64,000 bases of DNA from an uncultured Bacteroidales bacterium (GTDB lineage: Bacteria; Bacteroidota; Bacteroidia; Bacteroidales; FEN-979): assembly GCA_963768805.1 (NCBI GenBank), contig CAVYJI010000008.1, positions 131,885-195,884 of the forward strand. The letters are read 5' to 3'. A model generated the notes under the pieces. It made no database searches, had not been told where the DNA came from, and worked only from the letters and a program-made list of their open reading frames with translations. Shown one piece after another: positions 37,356 through 47,277 of this stretch; position 1 is the first letter of the stretch, and the number at the start of each line of letters is the position of its first letter. Made by a program: the position numbers and the translations under genes.

Positions 37356-38459
37356 ATGCTGAATTTTGCTACTTACGCCAATACCGTCTTTAAGCTTCAG
37401 TTTAAGCACCTCTGGCAGCTGATCGGTAACTCGCCCCTGCTCGTCATCGATTTTCTCTACAAAGGGAAAAAACGTGTTCTTTATGCGAAAGCCGAGCATT
37501 ATAACATCACGGGAAGTATCAAGGACAGGATGGCACTGTACATCCTCGAAAAAGCTTATGCAGAAGGCCGCATAAAAAAAGGTGATACCATTGTTGAAGC
37601 TACCAGCGGCAATACGGGCATTTCTTTCTCAGCCATTGGCCGGGCATTGGGACATCCTGTCAGGATCATCATGCCGGACTGGATGAGCCGCGAGCGTGTA
37701 GATATCATCCGCAGCCTTGGGGCTAAGATCATCCCGGTATCCAAAGAAGAGGGAGGTTTCCTGGGGAGCATCAGGATCTCCGAGGAGATCGCTGCAAATG
37801 AACCGGACATCTTCCTTCCGCAACAGTTCTCCAATGTCGCCAATGCTGAAGCCCATGCACGCACCACAGGGCCTGAGATCTGGTACCAGATGCAGTATCA
37901 TGGCGTGAAGCCGGCTGCGTTCGTTGCCGGCGTCGGTACAGGGGGGACGGTCATGGGAGTAGGGAGATTCTTTCAAAGCCAGGATCCACACATCGCGATC
38001 CATCCACTTGAACCTGCAGAATCACCTACCATGTCGACGGGGTACAGGGTCGGGGCTCACCGTATCCAGGGGATCTCCGATGAATTCATTCCCGCAATAG
38101 TGAAACTGGATGAACTTGACAGGGTCGTGGCAGTTCCTGATGGCGATTCGATCCTTATGGCACAGAAACTTGCAAGGCAATTAGGCCTGGCGGTAGGGAT
38201 CTCTTCAGGGGCTAATTTTCTCGGGGCACTTCAGATCCAGAACGAGATGGGGGATAATGCAGCAGTTGCCACCGTCTTTTCAGATTGTAACAAGAAATAC
38301 CTCAGCACAGACCTGATGCGTGAAGAACCTGACCGTGACGACTACGAATCAAAGCATGTCGAGCTGACCGGGTTCAAAGTCTACAAAAGAGTTTGCGATA
38401 CCTGCTGCGATATGGTGGATTGTGAATTGAGACCCTGCGAATTTAAAGTTACCGTTTAA
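37356..38459 (+). CDS. PLP-dependent cysteine synthase (CysK/CysM) family protein with a Cys-rich C-terminal extension
   Basis: PLP lysine motif [27 protein letters not shown]. About 45 extra C-terminal residues ending [24 protein letters not shown]. Confidence 0.85.
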   Translation: MLNFATYANTVFKLQFKHLWQLIGNSPLLVIDFLYKGKKRVLYAKAEHYNITGSIKDRMALYILEKAYAEGRIKKGDTIVEATSGNTGISFSAIGRALGHPVRIIMPDWMSRERVDIIRSLGAKIIPVSKEEGGFLGSIRISEEIAANEPDIFLPQQFSNVANAEAHARTTGPEIWYQMQYHGVKPAAFVAGVGTGGTVMGVGRFFQSQDPHIAIHPLEPAESPTMSTGYRVGAHRIQGISDEFIPAIVKLDELDRVVAVPDGDSILMAQKLARQLGLAVGISSGANFLGALQIQNEMGDNAAVATVFSDCNKKYLSTDLMREEPDRDDYESKHVELTGFKVYKRVCDTCCDMVDCELRPCEFKVTV

Positions 38460-39774
38460 GCGTAATCACCGTTATTTCTGGCAATATCCCTATCCTTCCC
38501 GGGTAGGCGATAGAACCCAACCCGACATTCACATAGATATATTGAGGATGGGTTCCTGGGACAGGGTGCGAATACAGGCCACCCCACTGCTTATAAAGGT
38601 ATTGCGCCGGGCTCCAGTGAATCCCGAAACAATCGATCCCGAACTGAAATCCATGGGTATGCCCGGAGAAGGTAATATCGATATTCCTGAATTTATGACA
38701 GATGATGGTATCCCAAAAACTCGGGTCATGCGATAGCAAAAGCTGCACCTGCATATTCTCGATACCTTTTTGAGCTGCAGGGATATCGCCAAGCTTCTGG
38801 AACCGGTAGCCTTTACCCCAGTTATGGACTCCCAATATAGCGATTGAATCATTTCCCCTCTTTAGAACGGCATGCTGATTCAGGAGGAGGGTCCATCCCA
38901 GGCGTTTATAAAATGCATAAAGGTCCTTTTTGTCCTTCTCTTTTGCCTCATCGGAAGGCCAGGTCACATAGGCTCCATAATCATGGTTGCCAAGGATGGC
39001 GAAGACTCCCAATGGAGCCTTCATCCTGGTGATGATACTCTCGAAGGGAAGCGCATCAAGGGTAGTGTAATTCACCATATCGCCGGTAAAGAAGATGACA
39101 TCACCGTGCTGGGCATTGACAAGATCCACCGCTTTGCTGAGTTCTTTCTTGCAGAGCCAGCTTCCGGTGTGAATATCTGAAAGCTGGACGATCCTCAACC
39201 CGTCAAATGATGCCGGCAATTCAGGAAGGGAGATCACAACCTGCTTTACCCTGAAGTCATAATTCCACCATACCATGCCAAGGATCATCATGATGAGGAA
39301 AAGTGTTCCTGAGATCCAGCCGGTCAGCTGAAGCCATCGCATTTTAGTCACATCAGTGAACCTGGTCTTTCCATCAATAAAAGAACGCAGGCCAAACTGA
39401 AAAACACGCAAAATATCCCTGATCAGCTGGAATATGAATGGAAGGATCTTAAAGGTATAGAGGATAAAGATGAGTCCCGGTACCAGGGTGCGAAGGGGGA
39501 TGTTCCATCCGGCAAATGGAATGAAGAACCCTGCAATGATACAGCAAATAAGCAGGATCAGTGGCAGCCAGTAAAAGGTCAGTGCCGGATACTTAAGGAA
39601 GGGAGGCAGGTCAAGGATGGCATGACGTATTGAAATCCACAGGTACCCGTCAATGACAAAAAGAATGAGCAATAGCGGTAGCATCCGTGTATAGACAGGG
39701 AAAGTGATCCCCAAAGCAATGAAAATTGCTGCGGTCACCAGGATGACCAGGGCAGTCAAAAGATATTTTCTCAT
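38449..39774 (-). CDS. Membrane-anchored metallophosphoesterase
   Basis: 441 aa. About 5 N-terminal TM segments, then calcineurin-like motifs (LSDIHTG, GDMVNY, GNHDY, SGHTHG). Start overlaps the stop of the upstream gene by 4 nt. Confidence 0.85.
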   Translation of the reverse strand: MRKYLLTALVILVTAAIFIALGITFPVYTRMLPLLLILFVIDGYLWISIRHAILDLPPFLKYPALTFYWLPLILLICCIIAGFFIPFAGWNIPLRTLVPGLIFILYTFKILPFIFQLIRDILRVFQFGLRSFIDGKTRFTDVTKMRWLQLTGWISGTLFLIMMILGMVWWNYDFRVKQVVISLPELPASFDGLRIVQLSDIHTGSWLCKKELSKAVDLVNAQHGDVIFFTGDMVNYTTLDALPFESIITRMKAPLGVFAILGNHDYGAYVTWPSDEAKEKDKKDLYAFYKRLGWTLLLNQHAVLKRGNDSIAILGVHNWGKGYRFQKLGDIPAAQKGIENMQVQLLLSHDPSFWDTIICHKFRNIDITFSGHTHGFQFGIDCFGIHWSPAQYLYKQWGGLYSHPVPGTHPQYIYVNVGLGSIAYPGRIGILPEITVITLKR

Positions 39775-41546
39775 TTGTTTTTTACGTAATTCACCAGTCC
39801 TTTTGCCTTGAAGATCTCCATCAATTTTGAGGGCAATGGTGAGAATGAAAATTCTTTTCCTTCAACAGCGACAATCCCTTTTTCGAAGTCGATGGTTACC
39901 ATGTCGCCTTGTTTATAGGCATTGACGGCTTCCGGGACCAGGAGGATCGGCAATCCCTGGTTCACAGATGACCGGTAGAAGATCCGGTTGACCGATTTGC
40001 AGATCACTGCTTTTATGCCTGCCCAGGCAAGTCCTACAGCAGGGTGTTCACGTGAGCTTCCGCAGCCGAAGTTAGCGCCTGCCATGATGATATCGCCAGC
40101 CTTCACTCTTTCGGCAAAACTGTTATCGAACCCCTTGAAGAGGTGTGGCATGATCTTCTCAGGATCAGAGCTCTGGACGTTGTAGGTGAGGTTCCCGGCA
40201 AACATCTGGTCGGTATTGAGGTTGTCGACATCGGCATAGTTCCATATACGGTTATGATAACGGTCTTCGCCTTCCCTGACATCCACAGTACTGCTTTGAG
40301 GAGCATGGTAAGGAAATTTATCATTATGACGGCTTCCGCGCGGGTCAGTGATCTCTCCATTCAGTGCTGACCATGCAACAGTGGCAGGGGAGGCGAGATA
40401 GATGTTGGCCATGTTGTTTCCCATTCTTCCCTTGAAATTGCGATTGGCTGTGGAAATGACATTGACCCCGTCAGCCGGGATGCCCTGTCCTGTCCCCAGG
40501 CAGGGACCGCAGGAGGAAGAAAGCACATTGGCGCCGGCTTCAATGAAGATCTTTATCAGTCCTTCTTTCATGGCCTGCAGGTATATCTCTTTTGATGCCG
40601 GGATGATCTGCATCTGCATGTATTTTGGTAGTTTTTTCCCATTCAGCACTGCTGCAGCTTCCCGAAGGTCATCAAGGCGGCCGTTGGTGCATGTGCCGAT
40701 CAGCGCCTGCTGGATCTTTGTTCCCTCTGTCTCGGAAACCGATTTAACATTGTCTACATGGTGCGGAGCGGCAACAACAGGGAATATTGCATTAAGGTCG
40801 ATCCCGATCTCCTTAATATATGACGCGTCTTCATCTGCCCAGACACCTTGTGTTTTCTCTCCAAGCCAGGTCTCAAGCACCTCATCGGCCGGGAAGACGG
40901 CGTTCTTGGCCCCCATCTCAGATGCCAGGTTGCAGAGCACCATGCGGTCAGAGACAGACAGGGTTTTAACCCCTTTTCCATGGTACTCGATGGACATGTA
41001 ATCGGCCCCGCTGCTGCCGATCATCCCGATGATCCAGAGGGCAAGGTCTTTGGCAAAGACGTTCTTTTGCAATTTCCCGTTCAGGGTGATCTTTATCGTT
41101 TCAGGTACCCTGAACCATGTCTCTCTCTGTTTCCACAGGCCTGCAGTCTCGGTACGGTCGATACCGGCTGCCATAGCGTTGAAAGCCCCGGCAGTACTGG
41201 TATGACTGTCGCTGCCCACGATGATCATCCCGGGCCTTGCATAATTCGACATGATCTGGTGGCAGATGCCATCGCCCACATCGTGAAATTTCATGATCCC
41301 GAATTGCTCAACCATGTTCCTGACCACCTGGTAATCATTTGCCAGCTTTGCATTGGTAGGAGGGGCGTTATGATCAAGAGTGATCAATAACCTGTCAGGA
41401 TCGGCAAGCTTGTCCCCGCCCATTTTCTTAAATGTATTGAATATAGAAGAGGTGTTGTCATGTGACAGAATAATATCAGGCCGGGCAAATACGATGGTGC
41501 CCGCGGTGGCTTTAAAGATCTTCTCAGCAAAAGTCAGTTTGGACAT
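39771..41546 (-). CDS. Aconitase-family dehydratase with fused large (LeuC/HacA-like) and small (LeuD/HacB-like) subunits
   Basis: 591 aa. The N-terminal ~420 aa carry archaeal-type LeuC motifs (DHN.P, GDGICHQ, VGSDSHT, TCTNGR, SCGPCLG). The C-terminal ~165 aa are swivel-domain-like (GANFGCGSSREHP). Confidence 0.8.
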   Translation of the reverse strand: MSKLTFAEKIFKATAGTIVFARPDIILSHDNTSSIFNTFKKMGGDKLADPDRLLITLDHNAPPTNAKLANDYQVVRNMVEQFGIMKFHDVGDGICHQIMSNYARPGMIIVGSDSHTSTAGAFNAMAAGIDRTETAGLWKQRETWFRVPETIKITLNGKLQKNVFAKDLALWIIGMIGSSGADYMSIEYHGKGVKTLSVSDRMVLCNLASEMGAKNAVFPADEVLETWLGEKTQGVWADEDASYIKEIGIDLNAIFPVVAAPHHVDNVKSVSETEGTKIQQALIGTCTNGRLDDLREAAAVLNGKKLPKYMQMQIIPASKEIYLQAMKEGLIKIFIEAGANVLSSSCGPCLGTGQGIPADGVNVISTANRNFKGRMGNNMANIYLASPATVAWSALNGEITDPRGSRHNDKFPYHAPQSSTVDVREGEDRYHNRIWNYADVDNLNTDQMFAGNLTYNVQSSDPEKIMPHLFKGFDNSFAERVKAGDIIMAGANFGCGSSREHPAVGLAWAGIKAVICKSVNRIFYRSSVNQGLPILLVPEAVNAYKQGDMVTIDFEKGIVAVEGKEFSFSPLPSKLMEIFKAKGLVNYVKNK

Positions 41547-41685
41547 AGAAAATGGGTATTAGGTATCGGGTGTTGGGTATTAGGTAAAAAGGTGTTAAGT
41601 TTTCTTAGCACACATGCTTAGAAAATGAAGTACAAAATTATCAATTTCCAAGTCATTATTGAACACGGATGATGAGGATATTATT

Positions 41686-41717
41686 TTTGTGAAAATAAAA
41701 GGAAATGAATACTTTTG
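41686..41717 (+). promoter_or_regulatory. Candidate promoter for tRNA-Ser
   Basis: TTTG, then 20 nt, then TACTTTTG. Fits TTTG-N19-21-TAnnTTTG. About 75 nt upstream of the tRNA. Confidence 0.45.
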
Positions 41718-41792
41718 CAAACCTTTTCATTGAGGTGTAAAAGCCAGGAACACAAAGAAAATATTATCAATTATCAATTATTAATTGATTCC

Positions 41793-41879
41793 GGAGAGGT
41801 GGGTGAGTGGCTTAAACCAACAGTTTGCTAAACTGTCGTACGGGAAACTGTACCGGGGGTTCGAATCCCCCCTTCTCCG
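41793..41879 (+). tRNA. tRNA-Ser (anticodon GCU)
   Basis: Acceptor GGAGAGG/CTTCTCC (one G-U pair). Anticodon stem ACAGT/ACTGT with loop TTGCTAA. Long variable arm. T arm GGGGG-TTCGAAT-CCCCC. No encoded CCA. Confidence 0.9.
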
Positions 41880-41910
41880 CAGGTCTAAATGGCAGAAATG
41901 TGAAAAAAAC

Positions 41911-41939
41911 CGAAAAGCACTGATGTTCAGTGCTTTTTT
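41911..41939 (+). terminator. Terminator hairpin after tRNA-Ser; left copy of a 29-bp direct repeat
   Basis: CGAAAAGCACTGATGTTCAGTGCTTTTTT (stem AAGCACTGA/TCAGTGCTT plus a T-run). Identical 29-mer at 50067-50095. Confidence 0.8.
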
Positions 41940-42125
41940 ATTTCTGCATGTGGCAGAATTTGGTGGAACCCATCCGCTTTGTTATAAAAAGGGATTGGTT
42001 GTAAATACTTCAGACCTTCGTTGACACTTTTTTGTACTTTTAAATGTGGACAATCAAAAACTTCTGGAAGAACATATTGAGGGATTGAATTCATTGCAAC
42101 GCATTCATTATTTAAACAATATTCA

Positions 42126-43469
42126 TCAAAGATAGTTCACTTCGAGTCGGCGATAAAGAGGTTTATTATCAATAAGTCTGGCAGTCATTGAAGCAATAAG
42201 ACCGGCCAGAATAAAAAAGAAAATAGCAGAATGACTATTTGTCATTTCCAGAACCAGTATCGAAGAAGTAAAAGGAGCCCGGGTTACTCCGGTTAAAAGA
42301 CCTATCATTGATACCAGGATCAGTAATTTATTATCACCATCCAAATTGAAAAAATTCATTAATAAATGGCCAAGAATGGATCCCGTAGAAAGTGAAGTGG
42401 CAAATATTCCGGCGGCAACACCCGTAGAATAGGATATTATCGCTCCGAAAAACCTGCTTATCAATAGCCATAAAGTGATATCATGATCTTTAGTATCAAA
42501 CAGCAACTGGTTCATTACATCCTTTCCGGGGCCATAAGCAACATTACTATTGGAATATATGATGAATGCCACGACCAGACCGGAAATCAGAATATATATT
42601 ATGTGCTGAAAAGTTCTTTTAAATTTTTTTGTAAAACTCGCCAATTCCAGGATGAGTTTTCCTTTAAAAGCCCCTACTATCCCTGCAATTGCACTGAAAA
42701 TGATAACATAACCCAACATGCTGAAGCTTGTAGCATCAACCTTCGGATAACCCAGGTAAAGATAGGGCCCTAAGATCCACTGAACGGTCATACCTGAAAA
42801 AATCACTGCGTATAAAAGCGTTGATTTAAAAGTATTTAAACTTGACTTTGATAATTCTTCTATAGCAAACACTATTCCTCCCAGCGGGGTGTTAAATGCA
42901 GCAGCTAAACCGGCAGCAGCGCCGGCAATTAACATTCTTTCCCTGTCCACCTTTGGCCAACTGTCAGGTAAGAATTTATGTGTTATATAAAAAATTGAAC
43001 CGCTTATCTGAAGTGTCGGGCCTTCCCTGCCTATCAACGCCCCACCCAGCAACGCTACTATACTGCTCAGCACCTTTGCGACCAGGACTTTCCCCCCCAG
43101 CAAAAAACCGGTTGAGACCTTTTTTGTATCCCTTTTAGGGTTCACAGCCGCCATTAATTGAGGAATTCCGCTTCCCGATGCAGCAATTGAAATTTTTTTA
43201 ACTATCCACCATCCGGCAAGAAAACATACAGGAGTTATGATAAAAAATAACCAGGGAAAACTGCCCTTCAGTAATTTTGATAGAGAAACACTATAATCAA
43301 AAATTTTGGAGTATAAGACGGCGACACCAGCAGTAACTATCGAACCAATAATATATGGCAACCATTTTAAAAATGATGTAACAATAGCTGAATTGTAACC
43401 TCTTTCCATTAAGAAATTATTCAGTAGGCTAAATATCCTTTTATGTATATCTACCGTTTTCCTCCACAT
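42126..43469 (-). CDS. ClC family voltage-gated chloride channel/antiporter
   Basis: 447 aa, polytopic. Selectivity motifs GSGIPQ and GREGP. The start could instead be the internal MERGY. Confidence 0.85.
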   Translation of the reverse strand: MWRKTVDIHKRIFSLLNNFLMERGYNSAIVTSFLKWLPYIIGSIVTAGVAVLYSKIFDYSVSLSKLLKGSFPWLFFIITPVCFLAGWWIVKKISIAASGSGIPQLMAAVNPKRDTKKVSTGFLLGGKVLVAKVLSSIVALLGGALIGREGPTLQISGSIFYITHKFLPDSWPKVDRERMLIAGAAAGLAAAFNTPLGGIVFAIEELSKSSLNTFKSTLLYAVIFSGMTVQWILGPYLYLGYPKVDATSFSMLGYVIIFSAIAGIVGAFKGKLILELASFTKKFKRTFQHIIYILISGLVVAFIIYSNSNVAYGPGKDVMNQLLFDTKDHDITLWLLISRFFGAIISYSTGVAAGIFATSLSTGSILGHLLMNFFNLDGDNKLLILVSMIGLLTGVTRAPFTSSILVLEMTNSHSAIFFFILAGLIASMTARLIDNKPLYRRLEVNYL

Positions 43470-43606
43470 TTTTATAATAATTTACAAAGACTTTTCCTTT
43501 AAAAGTCAAAATTACATAAATGATGATGATATTGGCATTTTGCGTTACTTTTACTCTTGATTATTATCAATCATTAACATTTGAATTCCTGAAAAATGAG
43601 AATTAA

Positions 43607-43888
43607 ATGATGTCCTCCCTTATTCCGGTCGTCTTTATCCTCGGATATTGTTCCATTTTATTCGAAACCAAAATCCGGATCATAGGAGGATTGTCTTCTG
43701 TAATTGATAATGTACCGCTTGTTGCGGCAGTACAAGGAATGTACGGCTTGAATATTTATCCCACTGACCATTATTTCTGGGAATTCCTGGCATTTGCTGC
43801 AGGGACGGGTGGAAGCATCCTGATCATCGGTTCAGCAGCCGGGATAGCAGCAATGGGAATGGAAAAGATTACGTTTTTCTGTTTCTGA
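43607..43888 (+). pseudogene. nhaD: NhaD-type Na+/H+ antiporter remnant (internal deletion plus 3-prime truncation)
   Basis: 93 aa. An NhaD-like N-terminus (VVFILGYCSILFETKIRI) is joined directly to the conserved C-terminal segment (VIDNVPLVAAVQGMYGL..YP.DH.FW..LA..AGTGGSILIIGSAAGIAAMGMEKI). Full-length members are about 450 aa. Confidence 0.7.
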
Positions 43889-44018
43889 AACGATTTTCAG
43901 TACTTGCACTGATGGGTTATTTGAGTGGCGCGGTGACTTATATTTTTCTTATTAATTTCATCAGATAATTATAGCTTTTCTGAAATACTGAAACCCTGTT
44001 AAGCTTTAACCGGCGAGA

Positions 44019-45239
44019 ATGGAAATAATAAAACTGGCATGGAGAAACCTTTGGCGGAATAAGCGCAGGACGCTGATAAGTTCGGCATCAGTTTTTTTTG
44101 CTATTTTTCTTGCTCTTGTCATGCGCGCCTTCCAATTTGGGAGCTATGAACTGAATATCTCGAACCTTGTTCATTCCTATTGCGGGTATTTTCAGATTCA
44201 TGCAAGAGGATATTGGGAGGATAAAGTTCTCTCCAATTCTTTTGTTATAACACCCGGGATCAGATCAGTCTTAGCCTCCGGTAAAAAGATCAGTGGATTC
44301 GCTGTACGTCTTGAATCCTTTGCACTTGCCTCTTATGGCAGCCAGACAAAAGGCGTTATGGTCAGCGGTATCGTTCCTTCAGAAGAAGACAACCTCACTT
44401 CTTTGAAAAAGCGATTAGTTAACGGAACATTTCTTAGTAAAAATGATAGCGGAGCCCTGGTTGCCGGCAAACTGGCGAGGTTTCTCAGAATTAACGTAGG
44501 AGACACCCTCGTTCTGATTGGCCAGGGTTATCATGGAGAAAGCGCAGACGGTGTTTTCCCGGTGAAAGGGATTGTACACTTTGCTTCACCTGAACTTGAC
44601 AAGCAGATGGTTTACCTTAGTTTACCAACTGCTCAATCGCTTTTTTCCGCGAATGATCTTGTCACTTCTATTTCTGTAAATTTATCTGACCCGAATAAAT
44701 TTGATCTGATCGCCGCACAGGTCAAAAAAAAATTGGATAAAAAGAAGTATGAGGTGATGACATGGAAAGAAATGATGCCTGAAGTAGTTCAGGAGATACA
44801 GAGTGATAATGCCTCAGGCCTTATCATGCTGGGTATCCTGTATATGGTTGTTGGTTTTGGAATATTTGGGACCATACTAATGATGCTGAATGAACGATCC
44901 CGTGAATTTGGAATGATGATCGCGATCGGCATGCAAAAAATCAAGCTGACCAGTATTGTGGTAATTGAAATGCTGTTCATGGGAATTCTTGGAATTGTGA
45001 CGGGTAATTTAATGGCTATCCCCTTGATTTTTTATTTTCATATTCATCCTATCGTTCTTTCAGGAGACATGGCGATATCGACAATCGAAATGGGATTTGA
45101 GCCCCTGATGCCAACAGCATGGGAAGTTACCTATTATATTAATCAATCATTGATCGTATTCCTGATCATAGTGGTAGTAATGATCTTCCCGATCATAAAG
45201 CTTTCGCGATTCAATCTGACAAATGCATTAAAACATTAA
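44019..45239 (+). CDS. FtsX-like ABC transporter permease (LolC/E-MacB type)
   Basis: 406 aa. The N-terminus LAWRNLWRNKRRTLIS, a large periplasmic loop and a C-terminal 3-TM FtsX domain. Confidence 0.8.
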   Translation: MEIIKLAWRNLWRNKRRTLISSASVFFAIFLALVMRAFQFGSYELNISNLVHSYCGYFQIHARGYWEDKVLSNSFVITPGIRSVLASGKKISGFAVRLESFALASYGSQTKGVMVSGIVPSEEDNLTSLKKRLVNGTFLSKNDSGALVAGKLARFLRINVGDTLVLIGQGYHGESADGVFPVKGIVHFASPELDKQMVYLSLPTAQSLFSANDLVTSISVNLSDPNKFDLIAAQVKKKLDKKKYEVMTWKEMMPEVVQEIQSDNASGLIMLGILYMVVGFGIFGTILMMLNERSREFGMMIAIGMQKIKLTSIVVIEMLFMGILGIVTGNLMAIPLIFYFHIHPIVLSGDMAISTIEMGFEPLMPTAWEVTYYINQSLIVFLIIVVVMIFPIIKLSRFNLTNALKH

Positions 45240-45249
45240 AATCAGAAGA

Positions 45250-46479
45250 ATGATCTGGATCATAGCATGGAGAAATATCTGGAGAAACAAGGTACGCAGC
45301 CTTATAGTAATTATGGCTATTTCGTTGGGGCTTCTTGGGGGTATTTTTTCTTCGGGAGTGATGAAAGGCATGGGTGATCAGCGTGTGAGAGAAGCTGTCA
45401 GCAGGGAGACTTCCCATATTCAGATCCATATCCCTGCGTACCTTGAGGATAATGATATTCAGTTTACTATCCCAAGAAAGGACTTTATGCGTCTATCGGA
45501 TATACTTGATACCATGAAACAAATTTCCGGCTGGAGCCCCCGTATAAAATTTCAGGCTATGGCAAACAGTGCCGATGCGAATACCGGGGTGATGGTTTTC
45601 GGAGTAATGCCAAAGAAAGAGAGTATGGTATCAGAGATTAAATGCACTATTTGCGATTCATGCGGTGAATACCTCGATCCTAAAAAAAAGGATATGATTG
45701 TAGTCGGAGAGGCTTTCGCAAAAAAGTTGAAACTCAGACTGCATTCAAAAGTTGTCCTTACATTTCAGGATATGACAGGAACACTTACCGGTGGTGCATT
45801 CAGGATTGGCGGGATTTACAGGACGAGTAATACTGCATTTGATGAATCAAATATATTTATCAATAGTGGGGATATTACGCCACTTTTGGTAATACAACCT
45901 GGCAGGTTTCATGAGATTGCGCTGAAGCTAAAGGATTTCAGCCAGGTTAGCAGGATTCAGGCCAGACTGGAAATGTTATTTCCGGATCTGTCGGTCATGA
46001 ATTGGAAACAAATTGATCCTGTTTTGGGTTTGCTTACCGATTTAATGAATACATGGCTCTATCTTTTTATGTTGATCATCCTTTCAGGACTTGCATTTGG
46101 CATTGTCAACACCATGCTTATGGTAATTCTTGAACGTTCGCACGAACTTGGAATACTTGCTGCAATCGGAATGACGAAACAGAGGATTTTTCTTATGATC
46201 ATGATGGAATCAGTATATCTTTCCCTGACAGGAGGGTTAACCGGAATGCTTTTGGGATTGGGATCGATTTATCTCACAGACAGGACCGGCATAAATCTAA
46301 GCAGATTAGCAGCTGGATTTGAGAAAATAGGGTACAACCCAATTTTATACCCAAGCCTTGACCTGCAATTTTTTATTGTTTTGATTCTCATGGTCATCGT
46401 CACTGGCATACTGGCATCGATAGTTCCTGCACTGAAGGTCTTGCGTCAAAATCCTGCAGAAGGGATCAGAAACGAATAA
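45250..46479 (+). CDS. FtsX-like ABC transporter permease (LolC/E-MacB type)
   Basis: 409 aa, paralogous layout (IAWRNIWRNKVRSLIV...). No ATPase gene is adjacent. Confidence 0.8.
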   Translation: MIWIIAWRNIWRNKVRSLIVIMAISLGLLGGIFSSGVMKGMGDQRVREAVSRETSHIQIHIPAYLEDNDIQFTIPRKDFMRLSDILDTMKQISGWSPRIKFQAMANSADANTGVMVFGVMPKKESMVSEIKCTICDSCGEYLDPKKKDMIVVGEAFAKKLKLRLHSKVVLTFQDMTGTLTGGAFRIGGIYRTSNTAFDESNIFINSGDITPLLVIQPGRFHEIALKLKDFSQVSRIQARLEMLFPDLSVMNWKQIDPVLGLLTDLMNTWLYLFMLIILSGLAFGIVNTMLMVILERSHELGILAAIGMTKQRIFLMIMMESVYLSLTGGLTGMLLGLGSIYLTDRTGINLSRLAAGFEKIGYNPILYPSLDLQFFIVLILMVIVTGILASIVPALKVLRQNPAEGIRNE

Positions 46480-46940
46480 AAGAGAACCCATCACAACGTT
46501 CATAACCGTTTACGTGATCCTGACTATCTTTTTTATAATCTTTATGAAGGTAAGATAACCTGTACCTTAGTAAAATTACAGGGATGCATTGCAAAGAGCA
46601 ACCATATTAGCACTATATTGATCACCGTCACGTATAAACTGGTCTTCTGTTTCTTGGTTCATTTGGAACACTCCTTTCTTTTATGGGAATTGTTAAAGGT
46701 ACTCATCTTGTCGAAGAAGGCGGGAAGGTTAAAGATTTCGAGGTTTGAGGTGAAGTCGCAGATCTTTTTGATAGTTTCTTAATTCTTGTTTGAAAGTGTC
46801 TCTATCGGGCCTGTTTTGACCTTGCTGATTGCATTGGTCAGCGTACCAGGATTCGACGGTTTTCAATTCTATTTGCAGAAAAATTTATCAACCTTGTTAG
46901 TTGCAATTTCTTTTTCCGTCATATGATTTTTGTTTTTTAA

Positions 46941-47035
46941 TTGGTCAAGCGTGACCACCGCCTAAGCCTGATAATAATTCAATTAAGATGGTTAATTTAC
47001 TTCGGCCTTGGGTGGTCGATCTAACCATTTTATCC
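46941..47035 (-). repeat. Element A-like copy in inverted orientation
   Basis: The reverse complement reads GGATAAAATGGTTAGATCGACCACCCAAGGCCGAAGTAAATTAACCATCTTAATTGAATTATTATCAGGCTTAGGCGGTGGTCACGCTTGACC. Confidence 0.7.
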
Positions 47036-47277
47036 AAGGGCCTTACAATTTGCCACATAATTTCATGGATAAGAGGAAATTGATTTAGATGGCGATTTTG
47101 GATAAAATTTGAAATAGGAGAAGGAAAATTAAGAGCTGGTTCAAAGTAGAGACCTCTGCCAGTATAGACTAGGGTGTCAGACGATGAGGTTTTATTGACT
47201 TTTTGATTTATTATCAGTATGTTTACCCATTTACTTTTACAAAGGACCTAATTTATCTATGTTATATCAATAACAAT

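Noticed and set aside
41785-42024. 79-aa ORF on the plus strand.
   Set aside because: It overlaps tRNA-Ser and its terminator.
43470-43606. Fluoride riboswitch upstream of the ClC gene.
   Set aside because: The leader is AT-rich with no crcB-motif-like pseudoknot elements. The channel has the canonical GSGIP/GREGP chloride-type motifs.
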